Shown: positions 1 to 9,435, numbered from the stretch's first letter. The stretch is 59,236 nucleotides of DNA from an uncultured Christensenella sp. (GCA_964368435.1 CAYJBS010000002.1:1-59236), one strand, 5' to 3'. Notes: generated by a model from the letters alone, not told the origin. Program-made: numbers and translations.

Positions 1-27
1 TCTCTTCACAGGAGAGGCTTTTTACTG
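1..27 (+). terminator. Probable rho-independent terminator of an upstream plus-strand gene, truncated by the window edge
   Basis: CTCTTC-ACA-GGAGAG hairpin (pos 2-16, one G-U pair) followed by GCTTTTT. Confidence 0.3.
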
Positions 28-74
28 TATATAGTAAATTAGTAAATTACTAAATTATGAAGGAGACAAAATTA

Positions 75-560
75 ATGAAAATTCCTACTACTTTAAAACA
101 CAAACCTGTCATCGTTTGTGAAAATTATGAGAATATCGACGGAAAATATGCTTACGATTCCGACGCAAAAGGACTGTCATTGGGACTTGCGCAATGGAAC
201 GATCGAGGCAAACTGGACATTTCCGCAAAGGTTTGGCGGTACACCGGCGAAAAATGGTCGAGACAATCCGAAGAGATGCCCATGCATAGGGTACTCGATT
301 TATCGATACTTGTTTGTCGCGCCTTCCTATACTTCAAAGACGCCTACAGAATACCCGGCTTTTATAATAAGGATAATCCTATTATTGACAGAGTCGGCTT
401 GCAAGGCGACGCCATGACCGTTGAGGTATGCGCCGATAATCCCATGATAGACGAAGACATCGTACTGTTCATGAACGAACTGGCAAAGAACGGTGAGAGT
501 CTCGGCGAGAGGTTCTCGACTTTGGCAAGATTGCTTAAAGATATGGAATATACCAAATAA
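75..560 (+). CDS. Hypothetical cytoplasmic protein (161 aa); no family confidently recognised
   Basis: ORF 57..560. The in-frame ATG at 75 has a GAAGGAGA RBS (59-66) 8 nt upstream, so it is preferred over the ATG at 57. No signal peptide or TM segment. A terminator follows at 645-669. Confidence 0.7.
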   Translation: MKIPTTLKHKPVIVCENYENIDGKYAYDSDAKGLSLGLAQWNDRGKLDISAKVWRYTGEKWSRQSEEMPMHRVLDLSILVCRAFLYFKDAYRIPGFYNKDNPIIDRVGLQGDAMTVEVCADNPMIDEDIVLFMNELAKNGESLGERFSTLARLLKDMEYTK

Positions 561-644
561 TCGGTTTTTTCCTCAAATTACAACAAAACAAATTAAGTTT
601 CATAACGAGCGATAGCCGAGGTATCTCATACTTGTGAAGTCAAC

Positions 645-669
645 AAAAGCTCCTATTACGGGAGCTTTT
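645..669. terminator. Bidirectional rho-independent terminator between convergent genes
   Basis: AAAAGCTCC-TATTACG-GGAGCTTTT. The GC core stem is 649-653/661-665, flanked by an A-tract and a T-tract. It lies 85 nt past the stop codons at 560 (+) and 754 (-). Confidence 0.6.
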
Positions 670-753
670 CGTTTTGTCAAAATAACAAATTATGTGTCAT
701 ACCGAATCAAGTCAGACAAAATTGCGCATAGCAAAATTTTTTGTTTGGCGGAA

Positions 754-3700
754 CTATGGAGCAGGTTTCTCGGGCGTCTTGACTCTTTCTCCTTCCTTGA
801 AGGGATGCTCTCTCGCAGGTTTGTTGCCCTTGGGAATGTTTTGTATTCCCTTCTTGTAAAGCGACTTTTTGTGCGATCTGTTGTAGTTGTTTAGGAAACT
901 TCTTCTCCTGATACCGGTGAATGTGATGACTACGATGAGCACTACAAATACACCTATTGTGGCGAAAGTGATATAGTTGAGCAGCTTTGTGTCTATCGTT
1001 ATGCCGGCAAATGTGCCGTAAACATCGGTTTCAGTCTCTCTGACAGCTATATTGGCTTTGGTGGCAAGCACATAAGTATCAAGGTTGTTGGCGCTGAATA
1101 CTACACTCTTGCCATCGCCCTGAATCTCCACACCGCTTATTTCGGTGATAGTGCCGTCAGGAGACAATCTGTAAACTGCGAAACGGACATAGTTGTAATA
1201 TTCTTCCGGAATGGGCAGTGTAACAAGAATCTCTCCTGTTGAGGTTTGAGAAGCTGCGCCTGTCAAGCTGACTCTGTTTATGCTGACAACCGTTTTGGGT
1301 TTTTCGGCGACGATTGTATTCAAAATTGTAGCCTGAGCATTGTCGTACAACTCGACTGTATTTGGATAAGAAGTAACTTCTATTCTTGCGCCCGGCGCTA
1401 GGTTACCTTCGATTTTGATACCCGAATCGACATCTTGGAGCAACATATTCTCGCATTTGCGTTTCAGCGTCGTCAATTTGTTGTATAGCGTTGTGGCATA
1501 AACTGATTTTTGGTCCGGGGACAGATCAAGATATGCGTCATACACTTGTAACACGTTGTTATAATCCGTCACCTTGACAACATTTATGGCAGGGAGTTTT
1601 TTGGTGTTGTTTTCGACCAAAGTCACCCTTGCCATCTCCTTGGCAAGTATGGCGTGCTCCTCTGTCAACTTCTGAAAATAGGCATAATACTCGCCTTCGA
1701 CTATTGCTTCTTGAATCCATTGATTGCCATAGTACGCATAGTCGCGATACGCCTTCAAATAATCGTCCATCTCCCGATAGTCCGACTTCAACTCATAGCT
1801 GGCTTTTTGGCTGAGTCCGGCAATATAGGATTGGAAGCCCGCAATCTCCTGGCGCAAGGTGTTCTCCCTGTCACGCAGACGTATTATGAGATTTTCGAAA
1901 TACGCTCTTCTGGAGTCGTCAATACCCTTTGCCGCAGCAAGATCTTCTTCATATCTGTCTACGGTGTCAAGGTCTTTTTGGCTCAAGGTCAAGTTGTTTA
2001 TGTCGAGAAGGAAGGGAATCATATAGAATTCGAGTTCTGCTCTGTTGCCTGCCAAATCCTCGATGATGATTTTTACGTAACCCTTCGAATCTTCGCTGTT
2101 ATCAACGGAGTTGGTGGCAATTATGTGCCCTTGCGACAACGGGAAACCTATGGTTTCGTCGCGCCGTACAATGTATTGCGCGGTTTTTAGGTTTTCTTCG
2201 CGGAAGGTTATGGGCTGATCAATATAATAGGTGTTCGGCGTATCTGTGACGCTGGGAACAATGATTCCCGATTCGATTTGCGGCGGCACGGTATCTATGT
2301 TTATTTCGAATATTCTTTGATAAATAAGTCCCGACTCCGTCCTGGCAACAACACGCAACGTTTCGCTTCTTGTGCTGGTTACCATGCCATAGCTTGTGCC
2401 CGTCACAGCGTCCATAGGCCATTGGTTCTCGAGGCTGGAGCCGTCGCGGTAATATACTATTCTGACATTTGATTTGTTGGCTACGGCGTTGGTTCTTTCT
2501 ATGCTTACGCGAACCTCTTCTTGGTTGGTCCATTCTCCGGAATTTATTAGTTTTATTTGGTCCGAATCCTCTGCAATCTTGACCTCGCCGTTGAGCTTGA
2601 ATTCGGGAATAACTTTATCTACTTTTATGCGGATGGCTTGGGTATACTTCTTGCCGTTGGCAGGGCATATAGCTTGTACAACAAGGATAGCATCATTATT
2701 TTTGCCGAAATTGTCCATTCTGTCGGTTGTGAAAGTAATGGCGTCGCCAATGACAATATTCGAAGGAGTCCTCGTATATTGTGTCTCGCCATCTGCTGAT
2801 TTGACGAGATACTGATAGTTTACGGTGCTGGGGTTACGGAGAGCCGGATCTATTCTGATGACAATGGTCACCGAAGAGCTTGCCCACTGTCCGCTGGTAT
2901 CTGCCAAAGTCAAACCGTGAAGACTGCCGCCTACGTCGATAGAGCCGAAGTTGCCGCCGTTGTATATATTGCCGCCAACATAGGTTTCAAGTGTAAAGTC
3001 AGGTCTTCTGGTGTCAATTTGCACAACTGCCGGCTTTTCGTGTACAACTTCCGAACCGGCTTGATTGGTCAATTTGAAAAACATTGTTTTCTTGATGTCT
3101 TGGTTGAAACGGAAGGTCATGTTGTTTTCCGTTGAAGGCTCTTGATTGTACTTTATCCAGGTCTGTCTGTTATCTATAGAATACCAATAATAAACGCCTG
3201 TATGAGAATTCGTGCTGAACTCAATATTTATTTCTTCTGTCCAAGTAAAAGTGAAAATATTATATTCCTCACCGTCAATGGTCGTTTGGGTATTTGAACC
3301 CTCGCCCTCGGGAAAGTTTATTATGAATGACGGCTCAAACGAGTCAACTAAGAAGGTATACTTGTCTCCTGTGTGACTGCTTATGTTATCCAGCGTATTT
3401 CTGGCGAACAAATAGTAAGCAATGCCGACGGCAGCCTCGCCTTCGACGATTTGTACAGGCTCGCCCGATTTCATCAACTGCCACCCGTTCAATTCCGTCG
3501 GAGTGGGCAGATCGCTCGGGATTGAGATCTCTTCCGTCACTTGGAAATAATAATACTGTATCGGCGCTCTGTCGGTAAATTCAGGATTGCGCAGTGTTAT
3601 GGTCTCATTGTTATAGACAAAGAAGTCTTCTATCTCTCCGTTCAACTGGCTTATCATATCCTCAACATCGGGAGTGCTGTTGTCTATTTTGATTTCGTTG

Positions 3701-6700
3701 CTGTAGAACGGCACAGGATTGGAACTGTATTTTGCTGCGTTGAAAGCAATGACAATTATGTTGCCGGTATAGAAGCACTTGTTGGTAGTGCTTGTAGGGT
3801 CGGAAAATCTCGGCGCGCTATTTTCGTCGACGCCCCAGAAGTCGAAAGCGCCGTTGATCAATGATACCGGAATGGCGTATTCGTAAATATCGGATTTTTG
3901 GTTGAGTTCTGTCAAACTGTGCTCGGCATAAAATTCAACAGGTGTCTTGTCGTGAAGGATTATGATGCCATATGTATAGTCGGCATAGGACTCGCCTGCG
4001 GGCAGATTTATGAGTATGCTCAAAGGTCCTTCTATCCAGCCGGTTGAGGTGTCTTTGTTGTAGCCCGGAGCCTGCGGTTGTATGGCGGCGGTTATGTTTA
4101 TGGACGAGCAGTTGAAGGGGATTTTTATGGTGTAAGGACTTGTCGTTTTTTTCTGCCCTTCAAAGCTTATGGCATAACTTTCGAGATAAAATTCTACGAT
4201 TTTTTCGCCAACGGCATTTGCTTCGATTTCCACAAGTAAGTTGTTTCCCGTGCCCTTTGTGTACGCTCCGGCGCTGTCTATTCTGTACCAGAAATTGAAG
4301 TGACCGTCATGATTGCTTTTGAAGGTCAATTCTACATCTTTGCAGACCGGCTGCGTGGTGGCTGTGAACTGCGGGTTCTCGGCATCGTAAACCAGAAGGT
4401 CTTCCTCATTGCGATTGTCACGGACAGCACTCAAAAGAATATCTCTCTTATCTATGCGCGCATCAAAATATACAAAGCTCTGCAAATCCGAACCGCTGGT
4501 CAATCGGAACATAAACGTTCTGGTGAAGATGTTGCCCTGTCCCTCGGGTATTTCTACCAGAAATTTGAATTTTCCAAGCGGAAGACCGTCGCTATCCAGC
4601 AACGACTGCAGCACTCTTTCGGGAATGTTGCTGTCAACCATAAGCTCGCATTCAATGCCCGACAGGCTGATATCTGCCACGGTCTTGGAATCCAGTGTCA
4701 GTTCTATGTTGCCGTTCGCCCAAGCTCCGCTGATTATTGGCACCAACGATTGTTGCACGAAAGCCGTAATATCGACATTGGGTGTAGCCAAGTCAAGTCT
4801 TATTTCCGGGGTGTTGACTTCGTTCTTGCTCTTGACCTGCGCTGCGTTGTAGGCATAAAGTTTGAAGTACCTTCTTTCTACAGAGTCGGAAAGGTAAAGG
4901 CGGAATTTTGCCATTCCCGGAGCCAAATATTTGGGGTCATCCTCATCAAGGTCGGCATAATCGGCGGAGACATCCATGATGATGTCATCTCCGTCGCCAC
5001 TGCCGTCGGCAGCCCAAACGAAAGTCCTTTCGAAATTCTCGTAACCTGTGCCGGAAATGCCGTAAGCAAAGGTATATTTGTCCATAATGGGAGCGTTTAT
5101 GTATACGGGAATAGGCGCATTCGCCCAACCCTTTTCGTTTTCTATTTTTGATACCAAATCGAGGCTTACGGAGAAATCGCTGTAAAGGATGCTGCCTGTA
5201 AACGTCTTTTCGTCATAAAGTCCCGAACGCGACTCCAACCTGAAGGTATATATCCTCTTGTTCACGGGAACAGGAGTGAATATCGCATCGGTAAAAGTAT
5301 AATATTTATAGTTTTGGGCGTCAGTGTTGTCTGCCATATTGGCATATTCCGTTTCGCGCAATACGCCTTCGCTATCGAAATAAGTATACTTGTATGTACA
5401 TGTCAAATCCGATTCGTTGAAAATCAACATGCCCTCGGGCGTTCTGTTGTAGACAACGAAGCCGAGGCTGTCGCTGGCATATCCTACGCGGTAATCCGGA
5501 CCTGCCGCCTCGCCAAAAGAGCGAATGTCGGTGTTTAGTTTGTCTTTTGCGGTGATGGAAACAACAGGCTGTTGCTTGTCGATGAAAGCGTCATATCTTC
5601 CGCTGGATGCCGACTCTTTGTTGGCGTCGCTTATGGCGCGGAAGTTTATGTTCTGGGTGGTCTTATTGAGGGGCAAGGTATAGAATTCCGTTCCGCTGCC
5701 GGCATTCTTTGCCAGCGCAGTCCAATCACTGACTCCTATTATTTTGTATTCGTAACGAACAGGCGATTGACCTTTCTCGGTGGGAGTGATTATGTAGGTG
5801 ATATCGTTGTAGCTCCATTGATAATTTTTGGAGTTATAATCATATATTTCGTTTTCGCCGTTTGCATTTGTTTTGGTAGATTGCGCTCTGATTTCGATTT
5901 CGGGACGCACGATATCCATTCTGGCATGTATGGATTTTCCGGTTATGGGATTGGTGGTGCGATAGCCTTTTTTTACGCCGCTTTGGTCAGTCACCCTGAA
6001 ATGCACGGGACCGTTCAAGTTTTCTATGATAAAGCACATGTTGGGAGAAGTGCCGTTGGCGGGGTGCCATTGTTTTTGCGGGCTGTTCATATCAAGAATG
6101 CCGTCAATGGAATAATCATACTTTTTGTTGGGTGTATCACCTTGACTGACTATGTCGAATCGCAATTGTGTCGATACCCAAATGTTGCCGGCTGCTCCCA
6201 GTTCGGCGACATACGGCTTCCAAGTGGTGCCTGAATAATAATATGAAACGACATCTTGTATTTCGATGTCGGTAGGATCTATTGAGGGATTATAAATTAT
6301 GTTAAAGATACCGGTATTTATGTATTCTTCGGTTATGGGTTGTCCGGTACCGGTGGTCGTTTCGGCAAAAGCGCGAAACTTTATGAAACGATTGTAGGGT
6401 TCGGGTAGCGGAAAAGTCCACAGCATATAGTCCACACCGTCGGACTGAATGATTTGCATCTTGTCAGCCTTCAAGAATTCGTTTTCTTCGCCCTCCCAAT
6501 TCGTGCCGGCAAGAACATCGGAATAGCTGAGTCCCGAAACATAGCTGAATTGAGTAATGCTGGGGTTTTTGTTCGGGCTGGTCAATAAAAATCTAAAAGA
6601 AATAAATTCGTAGGACTCGCCGCCAAGATAAGGCGTCCATGCCCCTGTGTCAATATCGTATACGCCCGCCTCAACGGTGAATGCCAAATCGGCAGTTGCG

Positions 6701-6816
6701 GCTAGCGCCGGATTCTCTTCGTTCCCAACAGACATTGTGACGGACAGCGCAAAAGCTATCAAGCAAAAAATAGCAAGAATCGGTATTATAATAGCCTTTC
6801 TTAGTTTAGAATTCAT
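754..6816 (-). CDS. 2,020-aa type-I membrane-anchored surface protein with multiple Ig-like beta-sandwich repeats and a membrane-proximal helical stalk
   Basis: 6,063-nt ORF with a GAGG RBS 7 nt upstream of the ATG. N-terminal signal sequence MNSKLRKAIIIPILAIFCLIAFALSV. Eight domain-boundary motifs of the form D-x-x-x-P (MDIVRPEI, IDKQQPVV, LDLATPNV, IDNSTPDV, VDSFEPSF, IDTRRPDF, VDKVIPEF, IDTVPPQI), typical of bacterial Ig-like repeats. One C-terminal TM helix followed by a basic 51-aa tail. Confidence 0.93.
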   Translation of the reverse strand: MNSKLRKAIIIPILAIFCLIAFALSVTMSVGNEENPALAATADLAFTVEAGVYDIDTGAWTPYLGGESYEFISFRFLLTSPNKNPSITQFSYVSGLSYSDVLAGTNWEGEENEFLKADKMQIIQSDGVDYMLWTFPLPEPYNRFIKFRAFAETTTGTGQPITEEYINTGIFNIIYNPSIDPTDIEIQDVVSYYYSGTTWKPYVAELGAAGNIWVSTQLRFDIVSQGDTPNKKYDYSIDGILDMNSPQKQWHPANGTSPNMCFIIENLNGPVHFRVTDQSGVKKGYRTTNPITGKSIHARMDIVRPEIEIRAQSTKTNANGENEIYDYNSKNYQWSYNDITYIITPTEKGQSPVRYEYKIIGVSDWTALAKNAGSGTEFYTLPLNKTTQNINFRAISDANKESASSGRYDAFIDKQQPVVSITAKDKLNTDIRSFGEAAGPDYRVGYASDSLGFVVYNRTPEGMLIFNESDLTCTYKYTYFDSEGVLRETEYANMADNTDAQNYKYYTFTDAIFTPVPVNKRIYTFRLESRSGLYDEKTFTGSILYSDFSVSLDLVSKIENEKGWANAPIPVYINAPIMDKYTFAYGISGTGYENFERTFVWAADGSGDGDDIIMDVSADYADLDEDDPKYLAPGMAKFRLYLSDSVERRYFKLYAYNAAQVKSKNEVNTPEIRLDLATPNVDITAFVQQSLVPIISGAWANGNIELTLDSKTVADISLSGIECELMVDSNIPERVLQSLLDSDGLPLGKFKFLVEIPEGQGNIFTRTFMFRLTSGSDLQSFVYFDARIDKRDILLSAVRDNRNEEDLLVYDAENPQFTATTQPVCKDVELTFKSNHDGHFNFWYRIDSAGAYTKGTGNNLLVEIEANAVGEKIVEFYLESYAISFEGQKKTTSPYTIKIPFNCSSINITAAIQPQAPGYNKDTSTGWIEGPLSILINLPAGESYADYTYGIIILHDKTPVEFYAEHSLTELNQKSDIYEYAIPVSLINGAFDFWGVDENSAPRFSDPTSTTNKCFYTGNIIVIAFNAAKYSSNPVPFYSNEIKIDNSTPDVEDMISQLNGEIEDFFVYNNETITLRNPEFTDRAPIQYYYFQVTEEISIPSDLPTPTELNGWQLMKSGEPVQIVEGEAAVGIAYYLFARNTLDNISSHTGDKYTFLVDSFEPSFIINFPEGEGSNTQTTIDGEEYNIFTFTWTEEINIEFSTNSHTGVYYWYSIDNRQTWIKYNQEPSTENNMTFRFNQDIKKTMFFKLTNQAGSEVVHEKPAVVQIDTRRPDFTLETYVGGNIYNGGNFGSIDVGGSLHGLTLADTSGQWASSSVTIVIRIDPALRNPSTVNYQYLVKSADGETQYTRTPSNIVIGDAITFTTDRMDNFGKNNDAILVVQAICPANGKKYTQAIRIKVDKVIPEFKLNGEVKIAEDSDQIKLINSGEWTNQEEVRVSIERTNAVANKSNVRIVYYRDGSSLENQWPMDAVTGTSYGMVTSTRSETLRVVARTESGLIYQRIFEINIDTVPPQIESGIIVPSVTDTPNTYYIDQPITFREENLKTAQYIVRRDETIGFPLSQGHIIATNSVDNSEDSKGYVKIIIEDLAGNRAELEFYMIPFLLDINNLTLSQKDLDTVDRYEEDLAAAKGIDDSRRAYFENLIIRLRDRENTLRQEIAGFQSYIAGLSQKASYELKSDYREMDDYLKAYRDYAYYGNQWIQEAIVEGEYYAYFQKLTEEHAILAKEMARVTLVENNTKKLPAINVVKVTDYNNVLQVYDAYLDLSPDQKSVYATTLYNKLTTLKRKCENMLLQDVDSGIKIEGNLAPGARIEVTSYPNTVELYDNAQATILNTIVAEKPKTVVSINRVSLTGAASQTSTGEILVTLPIPEEYYNYVRFAVYRLSPDGTITEISGVEIQGDGKSVVFSANNLDTYVLATKANIAVRETETDVYGTFAGITIDTKLLNYITFATIGVFVVLIVVITFTGIRRRSFLNNYNRSHKKSLYKKGIQNIPKGNKPAREHPFKEGERVKTPEKPAP
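910..972 (-). other. C-terminal transmembrane anchor of the 2,020-aa protein (residues 1949-1969)
   Basis: ITFATIGVFVVLIVVITFTGI followed by RRRSF and a Lys/Arg-rich 51-aa tail (positive-inside rule). Codons checked in the DNA: RRR = 901-909. Confidence 0.8.
1438..2013 (-). other. ~190-aa helical, coiled-coil-like stalk of the 2,020-aa protein (residues ~1602-1793)
   Basis: Charged and Tyr-rich sequence with few Pro/Gly (DRYEEDLAAAKGIDDSRRAYFENLIIRLRDRENTLRQEIAGFQSYIAGL ... LYNKLTTLKRKCENMLL), lying between the Ig-like region and the last beta domain plus TM anchor. Confidence 0.45.
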
Positions 6817-6997
6817 TCGCTGACCTCACTTTCTATGTGTACAGTTCTAATATACATAAATATAATAACATATATAATATAAATATAAAAGTGTTTTCTT
6901 GAAAATTTACTAAATAGTTGCTCTCCGCCGCAAATGCCAAAAGGTTGCTAAACTGCAAATATCGTCAAAAAATAAACGGGCAGCAAGTGTCATATAG

Positions 6998-7039
6998 AAC
7001 CTAAAACAGGTTCCCATTTTTATGTATTTGGGAACCTGT
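6998..7039 (-). terminator. Terminator downstream of the zinc-ribbon gene
   Basis: Perfect 10-bp inverted repeat ACAGGTTCCC (7006-7015) / GGGAACCTGT (7030-7039), followed on the minus strand by TTTTAGG. An alternative smaller hairpin, GAACC-TAAAACA-GGTTC (6997-7013), shares one arm. Confidence 0.55.
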
Positions 7040-7111
7040 ATGTTGGGTTTATTGAAGTTGTTTTTGTGCGCTCAACCTTATACACAGTCGCACACTTGGG
7101 AACATTTCCTT

Positions 7112-7627
7112 TTATTCGTCGTCGGAATCGTCATCGTCATCGTCTGCGTCATCGTCCTCGTCTGCCGCATCGTCATCATCTTCCGCATCAAGCGCATACT
7201 CGAAATCTTCTACATCTTCGGACAAAGACTCCTCTTCAGCCTCGTTGTAGCTCTCCTCGTCATCCCATTCCTCTGTTTCAGCAAGCTCTTCGAGAGATAT
7301 CGGCACCTCTTCTATTTCTTCATCTTCGATGACCTCTTCGCTGTCGTCGTCTTCATCGATCTTCGACCATTCATCCGGCTCGATATCGTCAATAATCTTC
7401 TTCTTGACCTTTTCCGCTGCTATTTCCATCAAGCAGTTCTCGCAGAACCGCTCTCCGTCTCCAATAAAGTTTATGCGGCATCTGGGACAAATCTCGCTGT
7501 CGTCATCAATATCATCTTCTTCCTCGCGCAGTTTGCCTGCAATCTCAAACTGACAAATCTCACAATATTCCGTATCGTTGAGAATGTAGTTTATTTCACA
7601 TCTGGGACACAGCTTATATTTGGGCAT
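7112..7627 (-). CDS. Double zinc-ribbon protein with an extreme poly-acidic C-terminal tail (171 aa)
   Basis: AGGAGG RBS immediately upstream. Two CPRC-x11-C-x2-C motifs (CPRCEINYILNDTEYCEIC and CPRCRINFIGDGERFCENC). 20 of the last 28 residues are Asp/Glu (…DAEDDDDAADEDDDADDDDDDSDDE). Confidence 0.8.
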   Translation of the reverse strand: MPKYKLCPRCEINYILNDTEYCEICQFEIAGKLREEEDDIDDDSEICPRCRINFIGDGERFCENCLMEIAAEKVKKKIIDDIEPDEWSKIDEDDDSEEVIEDEEIEEVPISLEELAETEEWDDEESYNEAEEESLSEDVEDFEYALDAEDDDDAADEDDDADDDDDDSDDE

Positions 7628-7677
7628 GGTACCTCCTGAATTTTCGAACTCGCGTAAGCTATATTCATTTTGGATAT

Positions 7678-7706
7678 ATTATATTGACTAAACAATATTT
7701 TGTAAA
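7678..7706 (-). promoter_or_regulatory. Sigma-A-type promoter of the zinc-ribbon gene
   Basis: Minus strand TTTACA (7701-7706), 17 nt spacer, TATAAT (7678-7683), about 50 nt upstream of the ATG at 7627. Confidence 0.5.
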
Positions 7707-7823
7707 CTGTTTTTTCATAGTTTTTTGCTTAATATCGTATAAGAATACAAAGCATGGCTTACAATTATCATATGCGGCTTTCTTTGATAATTACAAATAT
7801 ATTTTTATAGGCACCACAAACAC

Positions 7824-7865
7824 AAAAAAGGCTGCTTTGCCTAAGGTAAAACAGCCTTCTTTTTT
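7824..7865. terminator. Rho-independent terminator after the DUF5050-like lipoprotein gene (bidirectional form)
   Basis: Long hairpin AAGGCTG(C)TTTGCC-TAA-GGTAAA(A)CAGCCTT with one mismatch and one G-U pair. Flanked by AAAAAA (7824-7829) and TTTTTT (7860-7865). Confidence 0.6.
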
Positions 7866-7894
7866 CATTAAAAATTCTTTCTTGACGATCTCTA

Positions 7895-9331
7895 TTATAG
7901 CGCGCTTATTCTGTCGGCGTCGGTCATCTTGCCCAGCAGAGTATCCTTCTGGGTTTCTGCGTCTCTTGCCTCGACTGCGTCAAGGTCCAAATAAAAAATG
8001 TTGTTGGTTATGGAGCTTTTGAAGAAATACAGCGTACCGTCAATGATTTCTGCACCTATCCATTGGGAGCTGAAAGCGCCGCTGTAGTACATCTCTGCGT
8101 TGCCCTCTACCTTGACCAAAGCGCCGTCTGTGACATCAAACAGCTTTATGTTATAGAGTTTGTCGCCCGATGTATAGTACATATAGTATGATGTGCCGGC
8201 ATCCTCGCTGACTAAATAAAAATCATAAGGAACCACAGTGGCGGAGAAGGTTATGGCGTTGTATTGGTATTCTCCGGCAAGGGTGTAGACATCGAGCTTC
8301 GAAACCGCCGTATCCGACGCATTGGTAGCCGCGCCAAATGCCAATACTTTGCCTTGCGCAAAATAAAAGTTCTTGTACTCAAAACCCTTCGTCGTCGTCG
8401 GGTTGCTGGTGAAACGAACAAGATTTGCGGTATTGAAGTTCAATCCTGCATCGTAAGTATACGAATACAGTCCTGCAGCAGGCTGATTTGTGCGACTGTC
8501 GGTGATGCTATAAAAAACCGTCAACTTGTCACCGTTATATTTTATTTCGATAATAGTCGGAGTAAGAGCGGCGTTTGAGCCTAGCATATCGGTGCTTATG
8601 ATGGCGGCATTCTTGTCGCCGTTTATTGCCATAGCGTATATGGTCTTCTTCGAGGTCTCTGCATCTGTCTTGGAATAAAAAACATAGTTGTCCATCGCGT
8701 TGGCATCGGCGGTGGGCTTTGTGAAGAAATACGCCGTGTCGACACCCTCGACTATGGTCTCTTCCTTGAACTTCTTGTTCGATAGGTCTATGCGGCATAT
8801 ATTCTGCTCAAATATGTAGACGAGTTTTTGTCCGGATATTTTGTAGGGTACCGAATGGTTCTTGAATTCGGCTACAACCTGAGTGCCGGTGCCGTCAACC
8901 TTTGTGCGCATGATGACCATTTCTGCCGTCTTGGCATTGCCTTCGCTGTCCTTGTCCACGCTTGTTGTGGAATAATAAATATAGTCATCAAAGATATAAA
9001 GTCCGCCAAAATTCTTTTCTGTGGAATAAACTTTTTTTGGCACTATCAAAGCAAAAGTATCTTTCAAGGGCTTGCGGTCGGCATTAAGCTCGACACGCGC
9101 TATGGCGCCTTTCAGGGTTTTGCCGAATTCGTTTTCGGCGGCTTCTTCTGCATAGCCGTTTATGAAGTAGAGATACTTGCCGTATGTGACTGCCAAACCG
9201 CCGTTCGAAGTGACGGTTTTGTCAGCATAATCGACAGCAACAGCGTCTTGCTTGAAATTCTCGACACAACCGGTCAATAAAAAAACACCCAAGCATAGGC
9301 ATATAATAATCAAAACAATCTTTTTGCTCAT
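7895..9331 (-). CDS. DUF5050-like (TolB-like beta-propeller) lipoprotein, 478 aa
   Basis: MSKKIVLIIICLCLGVFLLTGC is a signal peptide with an L-T-G-C lipobox. Recurring blade-like motifs: GKYLYFINGY, DDYIYYSTTS, QKLVYIFEQ, DNYVFYSKTD, YYMYYTSGDKLYNI, DGTLYFFKSS. The start at 9331 (GGAG RBS) is preferred over the ORF-track start at 9367, because the predicted -10 box (9368-9373) abuts 9367. Confidence 0.85.
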   Translation of the reverse strand: MSKKIVLIIICLCLGVFLLTGCVENFKQDAVAVDYADKTVTSNGGLAVTYGKYLYFINGYAEEAAENEFGKTLKGAIARVELNADRKPLKDTFALIVPKKVYSTEKNFGGLYIFDDYIYYSTTSVDKDSEGNAKTAEMVIMRTKVDGTGTQVVAEFKNHSVPYKISGQKLVYIFEQNICRIDLSNKKFKEETIVEGVDTAYFFTKPTADANAMDNYVFYSKTDAETSKKTIYAMAINGDKNAAIISTDMLGSNAALTPTIIEIKYNGDKLTVFYSITDSRTNQPAAGLYSYTYDAGLNFNTANLVRFTSNPTTTKGFEYKNFYFAQGKVLAFGAATNASDTAVSKLDVYTLAGEYQYNAITFSATVVPYDFYLVSEDAGTSYYMYYTSGDKLYNIKLFDVTDGALVKVEGNAEMYYSGAFSSQWIGAEIIDGTLYFFKSSITNNIFYLDLDAVEARDAETQKDTLLGKMTDADRISAL

Positions 9332-9367
9332 TGATAAATTACTCCGCGATAGAATTTGTGTTAACAT

Positions 9368-9396
9368 ATTATATAATATTAAATAGTTTATTGCAA
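9368..9396 (-). promoter_or_regulatory. Sigma-A-type promoter of the DUF5050-like lipoprotein gene
   Basis: Minus strand TTGCAA (9391-9396), 17 nt spacer, TATAAT (9368-9373). Confidence 0.5.
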
Positions 9397-9435
9397 GTTT
9401 TTTCTTTATGCGGATGCGGCAAGTCTTCCGATAAA

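Noticed and set aside
47-55. The 9-mer TTACTAAAT occurs in three intergenic regions (47-55, 6907-6915, 41732-41740), and an 8-nt tandem AGTAAATT AGTAAATT ACTAAATT lies at 33-56. This could be a shared operator.
   Set aside because: All copies are on the plus strand while the adjacent genes differ in orientation, and distances to the start codons are inconsistent. The motif is AT-rich in AT-rich spacers, so chance recurrence is plausible. It is worth a motif search genome-wide but is not supportable from this window.
6997-7039. Mutually exclusive hairpins sharing the GGTTCC arm (6997-7013 vs 7006-7039), which could be a riboswitch-like switch upstream of the 2,020-aa gene.
   Set aside because: The element lies immediately downstream of the zinc-ribbon gene stop and about 180 nt upstream of the next ATG, with T-tracts on both sides. 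The simplest reading is a (bidirectional) terminator. There is no conserved aptamer-like sequence.
7022-7639. A 205-aa plus-strand ORF that is longer than the minus-strand zinc-ribbon ORF it overlaps.
   Set aside because: It is repetitive hydrophobic sequence (VIVIVCVIVLVCRIVIIF…) produced by reading GAC/GAA-rich acidic codons in reverse. The minus-strand ORF has two intact CPRC…CxxC motifs, an AGGAGG RBS, a promoter and a terminator.
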